A stretch of DNA of 64,000 bases, taken from contig JBCCJA010000005.1 in the NCBI GenBank assembly GCA_039045975.1, forward strand, positions 15,009 to 79,008, written 5' to 3'. The DNA comes from Planctomycetota bacterium (GTDB taxonomy: Bacteria; Planctomycetota; Planctomycetia; Planctomycetales; Planctomycetaceae). The position numbers and the translations under genes are program-made. The notes below the pieces were generated by a model. The model was not told where the DNA came from, did not search any database, and worked only from the letters and a program-made list of their open reading frames with translations. This document shows positions 56,861-64,000 of this stretch, one piece after another; position 1 is the first letter of the stretch; every line of letters starts with the position of its first letter.

Positions 56861-58468
56861 TCACTCGGCGTCCCAGTACCAGCGGTCGCCGGCGGCGGAG
56901 ATGGCCTGCTCGGCCGTGACCGCGACGCGGTCACTGACGACGGCCGGGGTCGCCGCCAACACGTTGCCCATCCGCCCGTCGACGCCGCCGGCCGCCTGCA
57001 CCACGACGTTCCCGCCCGAATAGACGCGGTAGTTGACGACCGAGTCGACCTCGCGGGCCGGGGCATAGATCGCCGGCATGTAGAGGCCGTCGGCCGCGAA
57101 GCAGCCGCGGTCCCAACCGGCCCGGACGTCGAGTCGGTCGCGACGGATGACCGCCGCCGCCAACGCGATATCGAACACGTTGCGGAGGTCGGCGAACGCC
57201 GGCTCCTCTTCGCACAGCCGCTCGTAAGCGGCGGTGAAGCCGTTCGCGAACGCCCGGTTCGCGCCGGTCGACTTGTTCGTGTGGATCTGCGACCCGTCGG
57301 CGGCAAGGAACTCGTCCTCGCTGCGGCACAGCACCGCCGGGCCGGAGAACGCGAACGCCGTCCGCGACTCGTCGTGGGTCACGGCGTCATACCGCACGCT
57401 CAGCCACCACCGCAGGGCCTGCGTCGCGACCGGCGTCGAGCCGTCGAGCAGGTCGAAATAGCTCGCCACGCCGGGGTACTGCTCGCGGTCGACGCCGACG
57501 AGCTTCATCAGATAGTCGGCCTCGACGATGACCCGCGCGACCCGCGAGTGGGCCGGCACGCCGTTGACTTCGACGTCCTGGCGACCGAGCCGGGCCTCGA
57601 TCTCGCGGGCGAACCGTTTCGTCGCGCCCCGGCCGCGGAGCGGACCGCGTGCTGCCGATTCGGCGGCGAACTGCTGCACCGCGACCACGCCGCTCGACCG
57701 CGGCACGATCAGGCAGTTGAACGCGTCGGCCCCGCCGTCGCTGAAGACCCTCAGGATCGTCACGAGGTCATCGAGGTGCAGGACCGGGCGGCCGCTCGTC
57801 GTGCCGACGACTTGGCCCTCACGCGTCATCGCGAACCGCTCGGCCGGTCCGGCGATCAGCAGGTCGCCGCCCGCCTCGTCGAGGAACACGTGCGACACGC
57901 CGGTCAGCCCGGCCATGTACCGCATGTCGGCCGGGACCGGCTCGCCGGCATCGACGAACGTCGCGACGGCCCGCTCGAGCTTCGTCAACGAGACGACCCG
58001 CAGGCCGGCGACGTCGACCGAAGTCACGTCGGCCGCGGCTTCGCGGATCATGCGGGCCTTCACGGCCAGTTCGCCGCTGCGGTCGACCTCGGCGATCCGG
58101 CTCAGCCGACCGAGCGGGTCGACGTCGATACCGTTCACGTACTGCCGCACGACGCCGCCCTGGCCGTCGATGTCCTGCCAGCCCACCGACTCGCCCGTGT
58201 TGAACTGGATCAGCTCGATCAGTTCGGTGAAGTCGGCCCCCGAACCGCCGGGTCGGCCGAGCCGATCGGCGGCGGCCCGCATCAGGTCGGCCCGGTCGGT
58301 CCGCTCCATGCCTCGGGCCGCTTCGAGCACGGCCTCGACGTCGCCGTTCGCCTCGAACCCGTCGAGGATCGCGTCGGAGTCGGCCGCGAGGGCCGGGCCG
58401 GCGGCAAGAAACAAGGCGGCCACACCGCGAACGACGTGACCGAAACGACAAGCGGCGGCGACTGACAC
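56861..58468 (-). CDS. Secreted hypothetical protein (resembles the planctomycete DUF1598 family)
   Basis: Signal-like VRGVAALFLAAGPALAA. Good GC3 throughout. The family assignment is from memory of DUF1598-like sequences and is not verified. Confidence 0.5.
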   Translation of the reverse strand: MSVAAACRFGHVVRGVAALFLAAGPALAADSDAILDGFEANGDVEAVLEAARGMERTDRADLMRAAADRLGRPGGSGADFTELIELIQFNTGESVGWQDIDGQGGVVRQYVNGIDVDPLGRLSRIAEVDRSGELAVKARMIREAAADVTSVDVAGLRVVSLTKLERAVATFVDAGEPVPADMRYMAGLTGVSHVFLDEAGGDLLIAGPAERFAMTREGQVVGTTSGRPVLHLDDLVTILRVFSDGGADAFNCLIVPRSSGVVAVQQFAAESAARGPLRGRGATKRFAREIEARLGRQDVEVNGVPAHSRVARVIVEADYLMKLVGVDREQYPGVASYFDLLDGSTPVATQALRWWLSVRYDAVTHDESRTAFAFSGPAVLCRSEDEFLAADGSQIHTNKSTGANRAFANGFTAAYERLCEEEPAFADLRNVFDIALAAAVIRRDRLDVRAGWDRGCFAADGLYMPAIYAPAREVDSVVNYRVYSGGNVVVQAAGGVDGRMGNVLAATPAVVSDRVAVTAEQAISAAGDRWYWDAE

Positions 58469-58680
58469 GGGTGGGACTCCCGGGGCGAACGGCGGCCGCG
58501 ACGTCCGAACGAAAACGCGGCCCGACCAATGAGATGCAAGCCCGATCAGAATCGACCGGGGTCAGGGAATCGTCAAGCAGATTCACTGCGTTCCCGGGCC
58601 CGCCCACGTTCCGGGCGCGAAGCGGCCGATCGACACGATTCTGACGGAGCCGAAAGGACCCCTCGACCGCCGCGACCGCG

Positions 58681-59478
58681 TCAGTCCCGACTGTCGCAGA
58701 CGATCCGCGGCCTGCCCGAACGGCCCGCCTCGCGAGAAAGGCGAAACGACCGATTCAAGACCGACGACCGTCGCCACCCGTCCGCGTCGGCGGCCGCTTG
58801 GGTGAATCCGTCCCCGTCGTGGACGAGCAGCTCGAACTCGATCCTCGCGCCCCGGGCGTCGACGAGCCAATACTCCGCAACACCCGCGGCTTCGTAAGCA
58901 TCTCGCAAGCGGCTCTTGTCTTTCGTGACCGACGATTTACTCACGACTTCGACGACGATGTCGGGCGGCCCGGCGAGCACGAGCGCGTCTTCGCCCTCCT
59001 CGGCCGGCTCGTTCCGATGATCACGCAGCGAGACACGGCCCGAATCGAGCGACTCGTGGCTGACAAAGACGACGTCCGGCTCGACCGCGAAATCACAGCC
59101 GGGAAGGACCACCAGCGTCTGATGAGTCTGCAATACGCCGAGATCATTGTGATCGACGATGTTGCCGATCGCCCGGGCCAACACTTCAACGAAGCGTCCG
59201 TGCGAAAAGATCTTCGGAGGCGACATGTCGCACTCCACCACGCCGTCGACGTACGAGATCTTTCCACGGGACGGAAACGCATCCGAACAGGCCCAACGCA
59301 CGAAGCCGTCGAGCGTGTCGATCGGCGGAATGACGAAGTCGGTCCCGGCCCACGGGTCGTAATACCGCACGGCCGCAGGTCGGGAGGTCTTGCCGTTCTC
59401 ACCCTTTGCGGCTGCTGTCACGGTCGCCATCGCGTCGGCCTCTACAGTCCCGGACCGTTTCATGTCCGGTGTCGTCAT
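58681..59478 (-). CDS. Uma2-family (DUF820) PD-(D/E)xK endonuclease-like protein
   Basis: AVEPDVVFV ... PDIVVEVVSKSSVTKDKSRLRDAYEAAGVAEYWLVD is the typical Uma2 D...(D/E)xK core and C-terminal block. The N-terminal ~50 aa may not be translated. Confidence 0.75.
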   Translation of the reverse strand: MTTPDMKRSGTVEADAMATVTAAAKGENGKTSRPAAVRYYDPWAGTDFVIPPIDTLDGFVRWACSDAFPSRGKISYVDGVVECDMSPPKIFSHGRFVEVLARAIGNIVDHNDLGVLQTHQTLVVLPGCDFAVEPDVVFVSHESLDSGRVSLRDHRNEPAEEGEDALVLAGPPDIVVEVVSKSSVTKDKSRLRDAYEAAGVAEYWLVDARGARIEFELLVHDGDGFTQAAADADGWRRSSVLNRSFRLSREAGRSGRPRIVCDSRD

Positions 59479-59525
59479 CGTATCACCGGGCCGGAGTCAC
59501 CGGACGACCGTTTTCTGACCGCCCC

Positions 59526-60353
59526 ATGCCCGAACTGCCCGAGGTCGAGACGATGGTCCGCGGCGTCCGCGACGCCGTCGTCGGGCGCCAGGTCACAGCC
59601 GTCCGCCGCTGCCGCTGCCGGTTCAAGCCGCTCAAAGTCGGCCCGACGTTCGCCACGCTCGCCAAGCGAACCCGTGGCTGTCGCGTCGAAGCGGTGACGC
59701 GGTTCGCGAAGCGGTTCGTGCTCGAACTCTCCGGCGAACTCCGCGTCGCCGTCGAGCCGCGGATGACCGGGCTGATGCTCCTCGCCGACCCGCCCGACCG
59801 GTCGCACTTGCGGTTCGAGTGGCGGTTCGCCGACGGCGGGCCGTCCCTGTGGCATTGGGACCGCCGCGGGCTCGGCACGATGACGCTGTACGACGCGGCC
59901 GGCTGGGCCGCCCTCCGCCGCAGCCTCGGACCCGACGCCCTCGAAATGACGCCCGCCCTGTGGCGGGAACGGCTCGCCAAGACGTCCCGGGCCGTCAAAG
60001 TCGCGCTCCTCGACCCGAAGGTCGTCGCCGGCATCGGCAACATCTACGCCAGCGAGTCGCTGCACGTCGCCGGCATCGACCCGGCCCGCCCGGCGTCGGG
60101 CCTCAGCCATAATGAGACTGACCGCCTCGCCGACGCCGCCCGCGACGTGCTCACGACCGCGATCGCCCACGAAGGCTCGACCCTCGCCGACGGCACGTAC
60201 CGCAACGCGTTGAACCGGGAAGGTAAGTATCAGAACTCACACCGCGTCTACGCCCGGGCGGGGGAGACTTGCCCGACCTGTCGCCGCGGCGAGGTCGTCC
60301 GTCTCGTCCAGGCCCAGCGGTCGACCTTTTTCTGCCCCGCCTGCCAGGCCTGA
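59526..60353 (+). CDS. mutM: Formamidopyrimidine-DNA glycosylase
   Basis: The internal ATG gives MPELPEVETMVRGV (catalytic Pro2/Glu3). H2TH block GIGNIYASESLHVAGIDP and the C-terminal zinc finger CPTCRRGEVVRLVQAQRSTFFCPACQ. Confidence 0.92.
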   Translation: MPELPEVETMVRGVRDAVVGRQVTAVRRCRCRFKPLKVGPTFATLAKRTRGCRVEAVTRFAKRFVLELSGELRVAVEPRMTGLMLLADPPDRSHLRFEWRFADGGPSLWHWDRRGLGTMTLYDAAGWAALRRSLGPDALEMTPALWRERLAKTSRAVKVALLDPKVVAGIGNIYASESLHVAGIDPARPASGLSHNETDRLADAARDVLTTAIAHEGSTLADGTYRNALNREGKYQNSHRVYARAGETCPTCRRGEVVRLVQAQRSTFFCPACQA

Positions 60354-60410
60354 CGCCCGCCGCCGCCCGCCTCCTATACTTTCCGACTTACGCGTTTCGA
60401 TCGCGACGAC

Positions 60411-61061
60411 ATGACCACACCGGCTGAGAAACCGTCACCGCCTCTCTATCGGCGGTTCACCTTCACCGCGATCGCGGTCGCGATCGTCGGCGTGATGGCG
60501 TGGCAAGACGACGCCGAACGCCCGGCCGAAGCCCGCGCCCAGACCGCCGCAACCGACCCCGCGAACCTCACCGACCCAGGAGCCGCCGTGAACGACCCCG
60601 CCGCGACCCTCGCCGCAGACACCGGCGGGCTCAAGAAAGTCATCAAATCCGACGCCGAGTGGAAAGCACTGCTGACCGCTGAGCAGTACAAGGTCACCCG
60701 CAAGCACGGCACGGAGCGGGCCTTCACCGGCGAGTTCTGGAACGAAAAACGGAAGGGCGTTTACACCTGCGTCTGCTGCGACCTGCCGCTGTTCGCCTCC
60801 GAGACCAAGTTCGATTCCGGCACCGGCTGGCCGAGCTATTACCAGCCGATCGACCCGGCCAACGTCGGCGAGCAAGAAGACAACTCGCTGTTCATGCGAC
60901 GCGTCGAAGTCCACTGCGCCCGCTGCGACGCACACCTCGGCCACGTCTTCCCCGACGGCCCGCGACCGACGGGCCTTCGGTACTGCATCAATTCGGCGTC
61001 GCTGAAATTCGAAGAGGCGGGGCAGGCGAAACTTGGCGACCCGTCCCCGTCCGCCGGTTAA
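60411..61061 (+). CDS. msrB: Peptide-methionine (R)-S-oxide reductase with an N-terminal membrane/signal anchor
   Basis: [20 protein letters not shown]...[11 protein letters not shown]...GTGWPSY...[29 protein letters not shown] (SelR domain, CxxC pairs, catalytic Cys). Confidence 0.92.
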   Translation: MTTPAEKPSPPLYRRFTFTAIAVAIVGVMAWQDDAERPAEARAQTAATDPANLTDPGAAVNDPAATLAADTGGLKKVIKSDAEWKALLTAEQYKVTRKHGTERAFTGEFWNEKRKGVYTCVCCDLPLFASETKFDSGTGWPSYYQPIDPANVGEQEDNSLFMRRVEVHCARCDAHLGHVFPDGPRPTGLRYCINSASLKFEEAGQAKLGDPSPSAG

Positions 61062-61100
61062 CATCGGGCCCGGAAATGACGCGTCGATCGAGGCGACCCT

Positions 61101-61304
61101 TTGACGATCACCGCGACCCGCGACGGCAACCAGACCTGGACCGCCTCGGCCGACATCGAACCGGCCAAGGCGGCCGTCGGCCTCAGCCCCGACCACGCCT
61201 TTAGCCAGTTGGTCATGCTGCTCGAGGTCGACTTCGCGTTCCGGCAGGCCCTACGCCGCACCGCGGTGATGCCCGGGCGGGTCGTCTGGCAATTTAACGC
61301 TTAA
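61101..61304 (+). CDS. Small hypothetical protein (67 aa)
   Basis: TTG start. Nearly every third codon position is G/C. The TAA stop overlaps the truD ATG (TAATG). No recognisable domain. Confidence 0.4.
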   Translation: MTITATRDGNQTWTASADIEPAKAAVGLSPDHAFSQLVMLLEVDFAFRQALRRTAVMPGRVVWQFNA

Positions 61305-62416
61305 TGCCGGCGGCCCGGTACGACGCCCCGGCGGATCAGGAGCGACTCGGCATCGCGGCCCGAGTCCCGCGGCTCACCGACGCGACGCGTCCGCAGGCGT
61401 CTTTAAAATCGACGCCCGAAGACTTCCGCGTCACCGAGATCCCCGCCTACGAGACCTGCGGGCACGGCGAGCACCTGTTTCTCAACATCGAGAAACGTGA
61501 CCTGTCGCACGAGCGGGCGATCGACCTCCTCGCCCGCACGCTCGGCGTCAAAAAGGCCGACGTCGGCACCGCCGGCATGAAAGACCGCCGGGCCGTCACA
61601 CGACAATTCGTATCGATACCGGCCGAGACCGAGGACCAACTCGAACGGCTCACCGGACTCGAATTCGACGACGGCTCATACGTCCGCCTGCTCGGCAAAG
61701 ACCGGCACACGAACAAGCTCAAGACCGGGCACCTCCGCGGCAACCGCTTCGAGATCGTCGCCCGCACCGAAGTGCCGGTCGACGTCGACGCCTTCGGCCC
61801 GACGGCCGAGGCCGTCCGCCGAGTCGGCTTCCCGAACGCGTTCGGGGCCCAACGCTTCGGCGACCGCGGCTCGACCCTCGCTCTCGGGCTGAACCTGCTC
61901 ACAGGTGAAGCCGACGTCCGCGACATCCCGCCACGGCGTCGCAAGTTTCTGAGCCGGCTCGCCCTCTCGGCGGCCCAATCGGCGGTCTTCAATCACGTGC
62001 TCGCCGCCCGGGTCCGCGGCGACGCCGTCGCGACCGTCCTGCCGGGCGACGTCCTCCGCAAGCGGCCGTCGGGCGGCGTATTCGTCGCGGCCGACGTCGC
62101 AGCCGAACAGGCCCGCGTCGACGCAGGCGAGACCGCCGTCACCGGCCCGCTGCCCGGACCGTCGATGACCTCACCGACCGGCCCCGCCGCCGATCTCGAA
62201 AGCGAGGCCCTCGACGCCTTCGGCCTCGCGCCCGAGATGTTCGGCAAGTTCCCGAAGCTCGCCCCCGGCGCCCGCCGCCCGCTGACGGTGATCCCGGGCG
62301 ACCTGGCGATCGGGCCCGTCGACGGCGGCGTACGCTTCTCCTTCACGTTGCCCGCGGGTGCCTACGCGACGACACTCCTGGACCAATTCGTTGCCGCCCC
62401 CGACGCCGCGAAATGA
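61304..62416 (+). CDS. truD: tRNA pseudouridine(13) synthase
   Basis: EDFRVTEIPAYETCGHGEHLFLNIEKRDLSHERAIDLLARTLGVKKADVGTAGMKDRRAVTRQFVSI (catalytic Asp in GMKD) and NAFGAQRFG. Confidence 0.9.
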   Translation: MPAARYDAPADQERLGIAARVPRLTDATRPQASLKSTPEDFRVTEIPAYETCGHGEHLFLNIEKRDLSHERAIDLLARTLGVKKADVGTAGMKDRRAVTRQFVSIPAETEDQLERLTGLEFDDGSYVRLLGKDRHTNKLKTGHLRGNRFEIVARTEVPVDVDAFGPTAEAVRRVGFPNAFGAQRFGDRGSTLALGLNLLTGEADVRDIPPRRRKFLSRLALSAAQSAVFNHVLAARVRGDAVATVLPGDVLRKRPSGGVFVAADVAAEQARVDAGETAVTGPLPGPSMTSPTGPAADLESEALDAFGLAPEMFGKFPKLAPGARRPLTVIPGDLAIGPVDGGVRFSFTLPAGAYATTLLDQFVAAPDAAK

Positions 62417-62423
62417 GGCCGCC

Positions 62424-63602
62424 GTGACGCGATCCCTGCTCATCGCCGTGTCGATCCTCGCGTCGGTTCTCGGTGACCGCTCGGCCGCCGACGATTGGAA
62501 CTCCTTCCGCGGCGACGCGGCACTCAGCGGCGTCGCGAAGCCCGGGACGCCGGTCGAACTCGACGAGCGTTGGTCGCTGCCGGCCCCCGACGGCGTCGAG
62601 TCGACCGCCGCGATCGCCGGCGGCCGCGTCTACGCCGCCACACTCGACGGACGCGTGCTCTGCGTCGACGCGGGGACGGGCGACGTCTTGTGGACCTATG
62701 TAACTGATGCCGACGGCGACGGCCCGAACGCGTTCCGGCCCGGCTTCCAATCGTCGCCCTGCGTCGATGCCGAGAGCGGGTCGCTGTTCGTCGGCGACGA
62801 GGACGGCTACCTGCACGTGATCGACTTAAAGACCGGCGATCGCCGCTGGCTGTTCGAGACGCTCGGCGAGATCATCTCGTCGCCGACGGTCGTCACCCGC
62901 GACGGCGGCCATACGGTGCTCTTCGGCTCGTACGACAACGTCCTGTACGCACTCGACGCCGCCGGCGGGGAAGAATTGTGGCAGGCCGAAACGCTCGGTT
63001 ACGTCCACTGCACGCCCGCCGTCGCGACCGACCCCGACGCCCCGTCCGGCCGCGTGACCTTCATCGCCGGCTGCGACGAAACGCTCCGCGTGCTCGACGT
63101 CGGCACGGGCGAGGAGAGGCTCGCCGTCCCGCTCGGGACGTATTTAATTTCATCGCCGGCCGTCTTTAAGAATTTCTTATATCTCGGCACCTATCAGGGC
63201 GAGACGCTCGCCGTCGATTGGAAGAGCGGCGAGATCGCGTGGCGGTCGAAGCCGGAGGGCGGCAAGTCGCTGCCGATGCACAGTTCCGCCGCCGTCACCG
63301 ACGACGTCGTCATCATCGGCGGACGCGACAAACTCGTCCGCTGCCACGACCGCCAGACCGGCAACATCCGTTGGACGGCGGAAACGCGGGGACGCGTCGA
63401 TTCCTCACCCGCCGTCGCCGGCGACCGCGTCTATGTCGGCTCGTCCGATCGCAAGCTCTACACGCTCGACCTCGCGTCCGGCGACGTCCTCGACGCGACC
63501 GACGTCGGCCGGCCGGTCACGGCCAGCCCGGCCGTCGCCGACGGCCTGCTCGTCATCGGCACGAGCGGCTCGAACGGCAAGGTGATCGCCTTCGGCAAAT
63601 GA
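62424..63602 (+). CDS. PQQ-like beta-propeller repeat protein (BamB-like fold), secreted
   Basis: GTG 62424 gives the signal VTRSLLIAVSILASVLG. Repeated blades follow: GRVYAATLDGRVLCVDAGTGDVLW, GYLHVIDLKTGDRRW, NVLYALDAAGGEELW, KLVRCHDRQTGNIRW, KLYTLDLASGDVL. Confidence 0.8.
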   Translation: MTRSLLIAVSILASVLGDRSAADDWNSFRGDAALSGVAKPGTPVELDERWSLPAPDGVESTAAIAGGRVYAATLDGRVLCVDAGTGDVLWTYVTDADGDGPNAFRPGFQSSPCVDAESGSLFVGDEDGYLHVIDLKTGDRRWLFETLGEIISSPTVVTRDGGHTVLFGSYDNVLYALDAAGGEELWQAETLGYVHCTPAVATDPDAPSGRVTFIAGCDETLRVLDVGTGEERLAVPLGTYLISSPAVFKNFLYLGTYQGETLAVDWKSGEIAWRSKPEGGKSLPMHSSAAVTDDVVIIGGRDKLVRCHDRQTGNIRWTAETRGRVDSSPAVAGDRVYVGSSDRKLYTLDLASGDVLDATDVGRPVTASPAVADGLLVIGTSGSNGKVIAFGK

Positions 63603-63669
63603 CGGGACGGCCTGAAGCAATCAAACCACCGTGTCGCCGCGTGACCGACACCTGCAGGCCTCTCAGCAA

Positions 63670-64000
63670 TTAAGCTCCGCGACGCCGGCGTAAGACGGCT
63701 ACGCCGGTCACGCCCGCCGCCAACAGCGCGAGACTCGCCGGCTCCGGGACGACTGACGACGCAGTCGCATTCGACAGTCGCACGAAGTCGAAATTCGCCG
63801 TTCCTGTCCCGCCTTCGGAGGTTTCGAACCCGACCCGAACGAGGCTTTCGCCCGGCCCCACGCCGACACCGATGAACGAGAAACCGGCCGGGATCGTGAA
63901 GTTCGCGTTGAAGTTCTGCTCGACCCCGTTGGAGAGAAAGTCGACCGTCAGCGTCAGTCCGATCGGCGGGTTGTTGTCGAAACCGAACGGGTCGAAATCG
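63670..64000 (-). CDS. PEP-CTERM sorting-domain protein (partial; N-terminus lies right of the window)
   Basis: The C-terminus VPEPASLALLAAGVTGVAVLRRRRGA is a PEP motif plus TM helix plus Arg cluster. Manual translation upstream of the track start shows the frame stays open to position 63999 (DFDPFGFDNNPPIGLTLTVDFLSNGVEQNFNANFTIPAGFSFIGVG...). Confidence 0.8.
   Translation of the reverse strand, partial: DFDPFGFDNNPPIGLTLTVDFLSNGVEQNFNANFTIPAGFSFIGVGVGPGESLVRVGFETSEGGTGTANFDFVRLSNATASSVVPEPASLALLAAGVTGVAVLRRRRGA

Noticed and set aside
58681-59478. The Uma2 (DUF820) endonuclease-like gene, considered as a restriction-modification or defence component.
   Set aside because: No methyltransferase, ATPase or specificity gene is adjacent. 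To my knowledge, Uma2 genes are commonly scattered as multi-copy singletons in such genomes.
1-64000. A search for CRISPR arrays, rRNA, tRNA, and transposase or integrase genes.
   Set aside because: I found no regularly spaced direct repeats, no cloverleaf-compatible segment in the intergenic regions I inspected, and no DDE, serine or tyrosine recombinase motifs. This was a visual scan only; tRNAscan, Infernal and ISfinder-type searches are needed to confirm the absence.

Overview
This window is a very GC-rich bacterial chromosome segment with strong G/C bias at third codon positions. That bias produces many long R/P/G-rich shadow ORFs in the supplied track. The gene content looks planctomycete-like: a DUF1559 prepilin-type protein, DUF1579- and DUF1598-like proteins, FG-GAP/VCBS proteins and an exosortase/PEP-CTERM system. 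Housekeeping genes are carB (partial at the left edge and missing from the track), queC-queE, argH, truA, serA, recQ, mutM, msrB and truD. Accessory blocks lie between them. (1) Two low-GC islets: a HigB/HigA-like toxin-antitoxin pair at 2.9-3.7 kb, and an NYN-domain gene wedged between argH and truA. (2) At 25.9-30.3 kb, an orphan terminase cassette: HTH, ParB-like nuclease, an ABC-ATPase::GNAT fusion, a TerS-like protein and TerL. No portal, capsid, tail or integrase gene occurs anywhere in the window. This is my best candidate for an undescribed system. (3) A ~19 kb exosortase-type exopolysaccharide locus at 30.5-49.4 kb: rfbDCA, GT2/GT4 glycosyltransferases, a Wza-like exporter, a sugar dehydrogenase, exosortase, a Wzc-like BY-kinase, EpsI and a 1488-aa TPR protein. 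A PEP-CTERM substrate sits at the right edge. (4) Three tandem paralogous sensor-LuxR regulators plus a divergent pseudo-receiver LuxR protein at 53.4-56.2 kb. Sequence-level oddities found by direct reading: a perfect 24-bp inverted repeat (72 nt, in frame) inside the truA coding sequence; a 59-aa csrA gene below the ORF-track size cutoff; and a dispersed REP-like hairpin repeat family with four copies. I recognised no rRNA, tRNA or CRISPR array. All functional calls rest on motif recognition from memory, not database searches.
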